Shown here in pieces: positions 9,428-17,116 of a stretch of DNA of 64,000 nt. The notes below the pieces were generated by a model. That model was not told the origin of the DNA. It worked only from the letters and a program-made list of their open reading frames with translations, and searched no databases. The stretch's first letter is position 1. Each line of letters starts with the position of its first letter. Location of the stretch: positions 1-64,000 of the IMG/VR virus record IMGVR_UViG_3300043540_000321, one strand, 5' to 3'. Made by a program: the position numbers and the translations under genes. The stretch is from a virus.

Positions 9428-10105
9428 ATGTCGAATTTTACTGAAGAGAAAAAGCTTGCCACTACGCTCGAAGAGGCTCGCGAGTGTTGCCGTCGTCTCC
9501 TCTCACTGGGTAGCTTTTATCTGGCTGAGGACAAAGATTTTGACTGTGTTAGCTATCTAGAACCCGGCCGAGTCCAAGACCTAAGTGATGATGAACTGAG
9601 GAGAGTCTGGTTCTCGCCCAATGGATTCGATAAGACGATTGTCGGTCGCAGCAATTCTCGAGTTCTGGAAAAACTTTTCTGGAGCGACATTTACGATAAT
9701 CCTGTTTTGGGAACCTGCTTCCGAGTTTATTTTATGTCGCTTGGGATTATAGAGGTTCTCGAAAGTCTGGCCGATTATCCTCTCCTCGATGAGGATGTAT
9801 ATCATGAGGAGATGGCTGAAGCTCAAGAAGAACTCTGGAATGACTGGCTTAAAAGTGAAGTAGTCTCGGAGATTGAGGACTTTCTTAGAAAGGAGTATGG
9901 AGCGTCCTACGTCGAGGTCGACTATAGATGCGGTGATGAGGAGGAGTTCTTCAAACTATTCTGGGAAAAGCTGAACGAGACCGGTGGCGAGTGGGTTGAA
10001 GAGCAAGATGGACTGTCTTGTCGCGGCTATACTGAGGCAGCTAGAGCCTTCGCACTTAAAGAATTGATGCCGATAGGACTCTCGGTTTTCTTCGAAGGAC
10101 AGTAA
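9428..10105 (+). CDS. Hypothetical acidic protein
   Basis: 225-aa ATG ORF within the operon. Confidence 0.7.
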   Translation: MSNFTEEKKLATTLEEARECCRRLLSLGSFYLAEDKDFDCVSYLEPGRVQDLSDDELRRVWFSPNGFDKTIVGRSNSRVLEKLFWSDIYDNPVLGTCFRVYFMSLGIIEVLESLADYPLLDEDVYHEEMAEAQEELWNDWLKSEVVSEIEDFLRKEYGASYVEVDYRCGDEEEFFKLFWEKLNETGGEWVEEQDGLSCRGYTEAARAFALKELMPIGLSVFFEGQ

Positions 10106-10106
10106 G

Positions 10107-10724
10107 ATGTTGGGCATTCTATTCAGACTGGGGGCTGTGGGTATCATCCTTTTCCTCTGCTGGGGAACGATCCGATCCGCTCTGGCCCCCTTCTTTACGC
10201 AACCTGCAAATATCAGCTCAAAGATTATTGAGATCCGAAAGCGGTCCGAGCTGGCGACGGCATCTACGACCTCTCGCGTGACCGTGCAGGAAGAGCATCA
10301 GTCCACGAATACCGTGGCCAATGCTTTAGACTCCCTGGGTTTTCGCACCGGGCGGTCGCGTATCTCCCTGTCCGTTAACGTAACCGTAAAGGCGGGGGTC
10401 AATCTGGAAAAGGCAGAGGTTCAGGGGAACACGATCGTGCTGCCCTCTCCTCAGATCCTGGATGCGTTCGTCGACACCAAGACGATAAGTGTGGGTTGGG
10501 TCGAGAAAGGTGTGCTGGCGGATGAGACACATAAGCTGACTCTTCCGGCACAAAATGAGGCGCGTGCCCAGGGCATTGTCGATGCTTGCACCAACAATGT
10601 CTTAGGAAAGGCGGAAGAACAAGCTCTATCCACCGTCCGTAGACTCGTACCAGAAGCTGTTGTTAAAGTAGAGAAAGGTCAGAACAGTACTTGCAGAAAA
10701 GTCAATAGTTCTACCGAAGATTAA
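10107..10724 (+). CDS. DUF4230-like membrane-anchored protein
   Basis: N-terminal TM; VTVKAGVNLEK..IVLPSPQILD pattern typical of DUF4230. Confidence 0.65.
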   Translation: MLGILFRLGAVGIILFLCWGTIRSALAPFFTQPANISSKIIEIRKRSELATASTTSRVTVQEEHQSTNTVANALDSLGFRTGRSRISLSVNVTVKAGVNLEKAEVQGNTIVLPSPQILDAFVDTKTISVGWVEKGVLADETHKLTLPAQNEARAQGIVDACTNNVLGKAEEQALSTVRRLVPEAVVKVEKGQNSTCRKVNSSTED

Positions 10725-10748
10725 CTCAGTAGCTAGTTTTTATTAAAA

Positions 10749-11231
10749 ATGATTCAGCTCGAATGGTTGCCGACCGGATGGCGGCAGACTCTTTTCCTCA
10801 CATCGATGCTCACTTTTGGACTGGGGATTACCCTGGTCCTCAACTGGAACCTGGGGTTTATCATCGCGGTCACCACGATTGGGATTCTCACCCACTCATT
10901 AATGACTCACCGGCAGCACCAGTTACTCCTAACGGAGTGTCAGCTCCTCCGCTCTGAGCTGGTGTATGTGCAGGAACAACGAGTGAACTCGAACGGGATA
11001 TTGGAGGAGTGGACAGAGAAAGCGATCGCAAAGGATAAACAGGGGCGAGTCACTTGTCAGTACTGTAACTCGAAGATGCCTTTGCTGGAGTCATATCCTT
11101 TTGATCCGCATCTACACCTCAAGACTAAGGGAATGCCCTGTCTAGTTCCGATCGCCCGGTCTTATTTTTGTCGAATAGACATGGTACCTCCCCACATATG
11201 GGAGCATCACATGGAGAAGAAAAAGGTCTGA
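10749..11231 (+). CDS. Membrane protein with CxxC motif
   Basis: Two TM segments, coiled coil, CQYCNS. Confidence 0.65.
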   Translation: MIQLEWLPTGWRQTLFLTSMLTFGLGITLVLNWNLGFIIAVTTIGILTHSLMTHRQHQLLLTECQLLRSELVYVQEQRVNSNGILEEWTEKAIAKDKQGRVTCQYCNSKMPLLESYPFDPHLHLKTKGMPCLVPIARSYFCRIDMVPPHIWEHHMEKKKV

Positions 11232-11233
11232 AG

Positions 11234-12010
11234 ATGGCGATCGCTCGGAGGGTCAGCCTCCTTCTAATACTCTTCGCAGTCATCTCCGGTGGAGGCGCGG
11301 CGGTTAATAAAAAAGGGAGTAGTAAACCACAACCTCAGTTTGACCTCGCTGCAGCGATCGCCTCTTATATAGATAGGACTTACAAACCGAAAGGTTATCA
11401 GCTCCCCAGAGGAGAGAACCAGTATACAGTGGTGTACGTTGCGGGTATGAATGCCGACGGCACCTTGAACAACAACGAGCCGAATAGGTACAACGATCGG
11501 AGAATTCTGCTAACATTTGCTCAGGGTAAACCTCAAATTGCCGGGAACTGGCAGGCGACAGTCAGCCCAGGCTCAGTCTATGAAAATCCTCGTCTCGCCT
11601 ATACCCAGTTCGGACTTTTCCCCCAAGCCTACCGAATAGGCATACATGGGATGGTGTGTCCTCATGAAGCCTTGGTTCAGGTCAAGCCAATTATTGTGGC
11701 TCGAGGTCCAAACCAGCAAGGTGAGTATACCAACACCCGGATCGGGAAGAGGCGCGACGAAGGGGTGTTCGCTATCAACCAGCATGGTCCCTGTAAGGAC
11801 TCCGACACGGTTGATGGTTCGTCGGAAGGATGCTTAGTCGCTCGAAGAATGTCGGAGCATCGACAATTTATGTCTATGTTAAAGACAGATATTCGATATA
11901 AGACCAGTCCGGTCGGCCCGCCCATTCACTCAGGTGACCCTCCGTATCGTACGTTCGCCTGGGATCTCATAATTATTAGCGGGCAGAAACTTTTGGAGTC
12001 CACGAAGTAG
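11234..12010 (+). CDS. Exported L,D-transpeptidase-like (YkuD-type His/Cys) peptidoglycan enzyme
   Basis: Signal/TM leader from ATG 11234; VVYVAGMNADGTLNNNEPNRYNDRRI; INQHG..SSEGCLV catalytic-like motif. Confidence 0.55.
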   Translation: MAIARRVSLLLILFAVISGGGAAVNKKGSSKPQPQFDLAAAIASYIDRTYKPKGYQLPRGENQYTVVYVAGMNADGTLNNNEPNRYNDRRILLTFAQGKPQIAGNWQATVSPGSVYENPRLAYTQFGLFPQAYRIGIHGMVCPHEALVQVKPIIVARGPNQQGEYTNTRIGKRRDEGVFAINQHGPCKDSDTVDGSSEGCLVARRMSEHRQFMSMLKTDIRYKTSPVGPPIHSGDPPYRTFAWDLIIISGQKLLESTK

Positions 12011-12012
12011 CC

Positions 12013-12534
12013 ATGAAACTTTTTCTAACGATAATCTTAGTCGGGGGTATTGGAGCCGGAATTTATAAAGCGGCGACTCCTTCTTCTGCATCTACTAACC
12101 CCAGCCCAGCCTCAGTTACTCAGTCGAGTCCTGAGTCAACTGCTAACGAGGTCGTCATTCAAGGTGAGGAACCAAAAGTCGCAAGGGTTGAGTATCCATC
12201 GGGCGGGGAGAAGTCTGATAAAGCTCCTTGCCGTGACCTTGGAACCGGTGACACCGTGGTCATTATTGAGACGAGCACTCCTGACCGAGTAAAGTTGGCG
12301 GAGCAAGTTATCGCCGAGCACAACTTGAAAGGAACATACTGTGCCTCTCAAAGAACAGGGCGGACGGTATGGATGTCTGAGCAGGTTGAGGGTGCAACCT
12401 CAATGGATCGAGCTAAGAATTCTGTTCCGATATTCGACTACTTCCGGTCAGTTGGGCTTGTCTCGCCTGTTAACCTATCTAGGGGAGCCAATCAAGCAGA
12501 GCGCCCGACGAACTGGTCAGGAACCCAGCCCTAA
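12013..12534 (+). CDS. Exported hypothetical protein (last codons probably supplied by the IscB element)
   Basis: Hydrophobic leader, S/T/P linker; stop lies inside the IS end hairpin. Confidence 0.7.
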   Translation: MKLFLTIILVGGIGAGIYKAATPSSASTNPSPASVTQSSPESTANEVVIQGEEPKVARVEYPSGGEKSDKAPCRDLGTGDTVVIIETSTPDRVKLAEQVIAEHNLKGTYCASQRTGRTVWMSEQVEGATSMDRAKNSVPIFDYFRSVGLVSPVNLSRGANQAERPTNWSGTQP

Positions 12535-12770
12535 AGGACTGAGCTTGTAGACTCCCCGACGCTTAGGCGCGGGTACAAACCAAGCTATTCTGACCAGCCT
12601 AAGGCTTTCGAGGTCTACGTTTTTTGAGTCACGACACCCTGGAATGCGACGCTAGTTCCTTGCTCTGTCATCTGCAATTAAACAGTCTTAAGGTCACTGA
12701 GACAGTGTTGCAGGTCTAAAAAGCTCTTAAAACATTGGCGAAGCGAACATTACTTTTAGGAACCAACGCA
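12516..12770 (+). ncRNA. IscB omegaRNA scaffold
   Basis: Characteristic blocks TGACCAGCCTAAG, CTACGTT, GACACC..GGAATGC..CTAGTTCC..GCTCT, AAACAG, CAGTGT, AACATTGGCGAAG upstream of iscB. Confidence 0.8.
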
Positions 12771-14044
12771 ACCATGTTGAAACCCAATTTTGTTTTCGTG
12801 CTAGACACCAATCACAAACCGCTCACACCTTGCAAGCCTTCAATGGCGCGTAAGTTGCTGAAGGCTGGAAAAGCGGCGGTGTTTAGACGATTCCTGTTCA
12901 CCATCATCCTTAAAAAGGAGGTAGACGCTACGCCAGAACCGATTGAACTCAAATTAGATCCCGGTTCCAAAGTTACGGGAATCGCTCTCAAGCAAGGCAG
13001 TAAAGTTTTTTTTGGTGCAGAACTCACCCATCGCGGTCAAGCCATCAAAGCGAGTCTAGAATCACGCCGCTCATTGCGACGAGGTAGACGCGCTAGACAG
13101 ACTCGCTATCGTCAAGCCCGGTTTCTCAATCGGACTCGTCCTAAAGGTTGGTTAGCGCCTAGCCTTCAACATCGAGTCGAAACAACCCTAACTTGGGTGA
13201 ACAAATTCATCAAACTTGCACCCATCGGTTCCATCGTTCAAGAATTGGTACGCTTTGATTTACAGCAGGTTGAGAACCCTTGAAATCTCAGGGATTGAAT
13301 ATCAGCAAGGTGAACTCGCGGGGTATGAGGTCAGAGAATATCTGCTCAACAAGTGGGATAGAAAATGCGCTTACTGCGGTGCTGAAAACATTCCGCTTCA
13401 AGTGGAGCATATTCACCCAAAAGTCAAAGGTGGCTCTAACCGCATCTCTAATCTGTGTCTGGCTTGTGATGACTGCAATCAGAAAAAAGGCACTCAGGAC
13501 ATCAAAGCTTTTCTAGCCAAAAAGCCTGATCTTTTGAAACAGATTTTGAGTCAAGCAAAACGCCCTCTCAAAGATGCAGCGGCGGTCAATTCAACCCGAT
13601 GGGCATTGTTCAATCGACTGAAAGAAACAGGTCTACCTGTCAGTACGGGGTCAGGAGGTCTAACCAAGTTCAATCGGACTCGTCTAGAACTGCCTAAAAC
13701 TCACTGGCTAGATGCGGCTTGTGTCGGTCAAGTTAACAAGTTGGAAGTGTTGACTAATCAACCGTTACTGATTAAAGCAACGGGTCACGGGTCGCGTCAA
13801 AGGTGCCGCACTGACAAGTTTGACTTTCCCAGTCGATACGTGCCCCGATTCAAGTTTGTTCAAGGCTTTCAGACAGGCGACATTGTGAAAGCTATTGTCA
13901 CATCTGGCAAGAAAGTTGGTGAATATGTCGGACGGGTTGCGGTTCGTTCTAGCGGCTCGTTCAACATTTCCGACAAGTCGGGATTGGTTCAAGGCATCAG
14001 CTACAAATACTGCAAATCTATTCACAAAAAGGGCGGTTACTCGT
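12516..14044 (+). mobile_element. Non-autonomous IS200/IS605-superfamily IscB element
   Basis: Starts GTCAGGAACCCAGCCCTAAAGGACTGAGCTTG, then omegaRNA-like leader and iscB; no tnpA; boundaries inferred. Confidence 0.75.
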
Positions 14045-14055
14045 ATGGCTTTTGA
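12774..14055 (+). pseudogene. iscB: IscB RNA-guided endonuclease with a +1 frameshift at about 13280
   Basis: PLMP (LTPCKPSMARKLL), RuvC-I LDPGSK, Arg-rich bridge helix, ELVRFD, HNH CAYC..EHIHP..GG.N..NL..AC..CN, RuvC-III HWLDAAC; an extra T breaks ENP|EISG. Confidence 0.9.
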
Positions 14056-14800
14056 TGTAAGTGAGTACGAGCTCGCTCTCGAAAACCTGAAGACTGTTCG
14101 AAAAACAGTCGATGTATTAGTCCAAAGTTGTATTCTGAATAGTATTGCCGACCCTCGCTATACAGGCGTCAGAGAAGTCATTGATCAAATCCTGGCGACC
14201 GTTGTATGGCCTGGAGAACTCCAGCCCAAGATGTGTGTTGGGCTGCATCACTGGTTGATACAGAGAGACCCTGAGATTGCGGCACAATTCGCTAGATTAG
14301 GACAGCTATTAGAGCAATATGAAAACCAGATTAGGACTGTCGAGCTGCCGACTCCATCAGAACGATTGACTTCCCTGGTGCGAGAAAAGTTACAAGCAGA
14401 AATCGCCGTCCGCCAGACCGTAAGAAACTCTTTGGGATTTTTTAACTTTATGTCATCAACAGATGAGAAAGCTCTTGAGCTATTAGATGCTGCCCGTGAG
14501 GTTATCAACGCTCAGTTGAGGATTTGGATTCTGGCTTCTATGGCAGACTCCAGGTATGACGGAGTGGGGCAAATATTAGAGGAAGTCTTAGCGACTATTA
14601 GGTTCCCAGGAGAGGTCCATCCGACGATGTGCGAACGCCTCTACGCCTACTTTCATCAATATGGAATGTACGAGGACGCTAGGAAGGCACACGAGATGGG
14701 GTCCCGCCTGAAGGAAGTTGAGGATGCTGTGACACAGTCCTTTCTTGCTCGACAACAACAAGAAAGACAGAACAGGAAAAAGATATTGGGGATTTTCTAA
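14045..14800 (+). CDS. Hypothetical protein with a duplicated ~90-aa domain
   Basis: ATG at 14045 (ORF track start 13895 overlaps iscB); ILNSIADPRYTGV..ILATVVWPGELQPKMC repeated as ILASMADSRYDGV..VLATIRFPGEVHPTMC. Confidence 0.7.
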   Translation: MAFDVSEYELALENLKTVRKTVDVLVQSCILNSIADPRYTGVREVIDQILATVVWPGELQPKMCVGLHHWLIQRDPEIAAQFARLGQLLEQYENQIRTVELPTPSERLTSLVREKLQAEIAVRQTVRNSLGFFNFMSSTDEKALELLDAAREVINAQLRIWILASMADSRYDGVGQILEEVLATIRFPGEVHPTMCERLYAYFHQYGMYEDARKAHEMGSRLKEVEDAVTQSFLARQQQERQNRKKILGIF

Positions 14801-15357
14801 TGAGTCAGGGTGTTTTCTACTATCAGGACGGGATACTGTTCATCCAAGCGGATAAGCAGGAGTTAGATGATATCCAACTAATCCTGCCTGACGAAGAGCA
14901 GATGTTCACTCGGTTCCACGAGCGGGATACTAAGCCCCTGAAAAGGATTTTCGATCGAGCGCTAGAGCAGTATGTAACTTGTACTGGACAGGAGAAGGAT
15001 GCCAATCCTCTGTGGTTAAAGATTCTCGATCAGGTCAGTCCAAAAGCGGGATTCGTCTTCTGGAATACCGCTCACTATAAGATGAGCGACTACCTCCAGC
15101 GAGCACTGTTTCCGATGCCAACCGAAGTGCTGACCGCTGTTCTCTTTGTGAACTCCAGTCCACAGACCCGAGTCACATTCGAGAGGCAGGAACTCTATTT
15201 GACGGGTGAAGAAGGCTGGCTGGTCGTGGCCCCGACTGGACTAACCCACTATCAGAAGTGGACCTTAGATCAGAAGGAGTCGAAAGCGATCGCCACCTTC
15301 TATCACTCCGATACCATTCCATCTCTATTGGTAGATGATTTATGGACTCGCTCCTAA
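14800..15357 (+). CDS. Hypothetical protein
   Basis: TAATG stop/start overlap with the upstream gene. Confidence 0.7.
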   Translation: MSQGVFYYQDGILFIQADKQELDDIQLILPDEEQMFTRFHERDTKPLKRIFDRALEQYVTCTGQEKDANPLWLKILDQVSPKAGFVFWNTAHYKMSDYLQRALFPMPTEVLTAVLFVNSSPQTRVTFERQELYLTGEEGWLVVAPTGLTHYQKWTLDQKESKAIATFYHSDTIPSLLVDDLWTRS

Positions 15358-15935
15358 AAGCCATTGCTTTGCATAGGGCAAAAGTTATTGAAAGAGAGGC
15401 TGCCGCAGAGAGGGCGTTTGACCTTCTGCGGCAGTTTTGTACGAGTATAGGAGTTCCAACGGACGACAAAACGTTGGAACTCGTTCTTAAAGTTCTGGAG
15501 GCGACTGCCGTCAAAGACATTCCTGTCCTGGCACCCTCCACTGAAACTGTTGAAGTTGAGTACGAGTCTGTCTCAGAACCAGACCCTCTGCCTGGGGTTT
15601 ACCATCGGGCAGACCGGAATACCTGGTCGGTCCGACCTCGCATCGGTAAGAAGCGCGTCCACCTGGCGACCTATCACTCGGTCGAGGAGGCGAATGCCGC
15701 AATGGAGGGATTCTTGATGGCGTATGATTACGCGGCTGAGATCTATGCAGAGACTCAAGAATCTCAACCAAACCCAACGCCAGACCCAACGCCTGTACCA
15801 GCATCTTCAAAAAAGGATAGCTCTCGTAGTAAGAGCAAACCAACCAGCACGCCCACTCTTGACCCCCATACGGGCAAGTGGATGCTGGGTGGTAAAGCGT
15901 ACGATAGCTACCCACTTAACGGGAAGAAAAGTTGA
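15342..15935 (+). CDS. AP2-domain DNA-binding protein
   Basis: PGVYHRADRNTWSVRPRIGKKRVHLATYHSVEEANAA matches the AP2 fold pattern. Confidence 0.75.
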   Translation: MDSLLKAIALHRAKVIEREAAAERAFDLLRQFCTSIGVPTDDKTLELVLKVLEATAVKDIPVLAPSTETVEVEYESVSEPDPLPGVYHRADRNTWSVRPRIGKKRVHLATYHSVEEANAAMEGFLMAYDYAAEIYAETQESQPNPTPDPTPVPASSKKDSSRSKSKPTSTPTLDPHTGKWMLGGKAYDSYPLNGKKS

Positions 15936-15995
15936 CGATCGGGCGCGAAATTAATAAACTTTTTAATAAATCACGACCCGGTTCTGGAGCTAAAG

Positions 15996-16910
15996 ATGAC
16001 CGCTAAAAAGCCATTTATACGATCTGTTAGCGTGGACGAGCCTGTCTGGAGACAATTCGAGGCTCTGTGCAATTCTAGTGGAAAGAGTCGAGCCACAAAT
16101 TTATTAATTTATCTCGTCACATTAGGCTACATCGATATTCAAGAGGGAGGGTCTCGCCTCCAGATCCCAGGGATTGTTGATGTGTTCTACAACGAGGCGA
16201 AGCAAGTCGTTGCAGAGGAGAGCACTTCGGGTGAGTTCGGAGAAACCCAGTCTCAGAGACTACTTCAGCTTATGGAGCAGAACAGAGACCTCTGCGAGGA
16301 ACTTAAAGAGGCTCAAAAACGCATCGAAGAGCTGAATAATCTGCTCTTTGAGTCCGATACGAACTCAAGTTTCCAGGCTGAGACCGAACCCGAAAATGTC
16401 GAACCGTTCAAACAGACTGAACTTTTAGAAACACCGACCGAACGTGCGGATATAGATCCAGAACTCGGTGCCAGCGGTCATGCCGTCATAGCCCAACAAG
16501 CTCGTCTAATTGATGGGTTAAAGAGAGTGATCCTCGCTCAGCAACAACAGCTCGCTGAGGCAAGAGCTCATCGAGTGGAAGTTGCGACTAATGGGCACCG
16601 TCATCCCGAAACAGTGGATGCTTCTACTCCTTCTACTCCTTCTACTAACGAGCCTGAGACATGGGAGCCTGCCGAAGGATTCTCTCTACCTCTACAGCTT
16701 GAAGGAGAGCGTCCTGTTATTCCAGCAAGTGAGGAGTTCATGATTGTTCAGAACCTGGCACAGCTATTGGACCAAATGCCTAATGGAGAAGCGTTTGAAT
16801 CACTCATCCAGCAAGCATTCACCGAGGCTGTTAATGAAGATCCAGTTACGGTCAGCCTTAACCCCCCTCTAGCTGAAGTCAGGGAGCTGGCGACGCCACT
16901 TACGGTTTGA
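15996..16910 (+). CDS. Hypothetical coiled-coil protein, possible N-terminal ribbon-helix-helix
   Basis: RSVSVDEPVWRQFEALC..KSRATNLLIYLV followed by coiled coils. Confidence 0.65.
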   Translation: MTAKKPFIRSVSVDEPVWRQFEALCNSSGKSRATNLLIYLVTLGYIDIQEGGSRLQIPGIVDVFYNEAKQVVAEESTSGEFGETQSQRLLQLMEQNRDLCEELKEAQKRIEELNNLLFESDTNSSFQAETEPENVEPFKQTELLETPTERADIDPELGASGHAVIAQQARLIDGLKRVILAQQQQLAEARAHRVEVATNGHRHPETVDASTPSTPSTNEPETWEPAEGFSLPLQLEGERPVIPASEEFMIVQNLAQLLDQMPNGEAFESLIQQAFTEAVNEDPVTVSLNPPLAEVRELATPLTV

Positions 16911-17116
16911 CCATGAAGAACTACGAAGAAAGACCTAAGGTATTCACTGTCTTTATTCGAGAGGTTGTCATCACCAAGGTGAGAGTGGGTGCCACGTCTC
17001 AGGAGGAAGCCCTTGAGTTAGCCGAGAGGGGTGTGGGACAGCGATCGCCCACTCCAGACTTCACTTACCTCGAGCATCCAATCTATTGGAGAGTGATAGA
17101 GGAAGCTGATATCTAG
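16907..17116 (+). CDS. Small DpnD/PcfM-like protein
   Basis: VFTVFIREVVITKVRVGATSQEEALELAE pattern; 4-nt overlap with the upstream gene. Confidence 0.55.
   Translation: MTMKNYEERPKVFTVFIREVVITKVRVGATSQEEALELAERGVGQRSPTPDFTYLEHPIYWRVIEEADI

Noticed and set aside
13216-13283. Programmed frameshift in iscB
   Set aside because: No slippery heptamer at the junction, and IscB is normally one ORF; a simple insertion is more parsimonious
13895-14044. N-terminal 50 aa of the 301-aa ORF in the track
   Set aside because: Overlaps iscB in another frame; ATG 14045 at the inferred IS boundary is the better start
4620-16650. Short tandem repeats (CCTCAG near 4630, 12-bp x3 near 5610, 9-bp x3 near 16621)
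   Set aside because: In-frame low-complexity linkers (QP, QVKP, STP); no sign of a regulatory role
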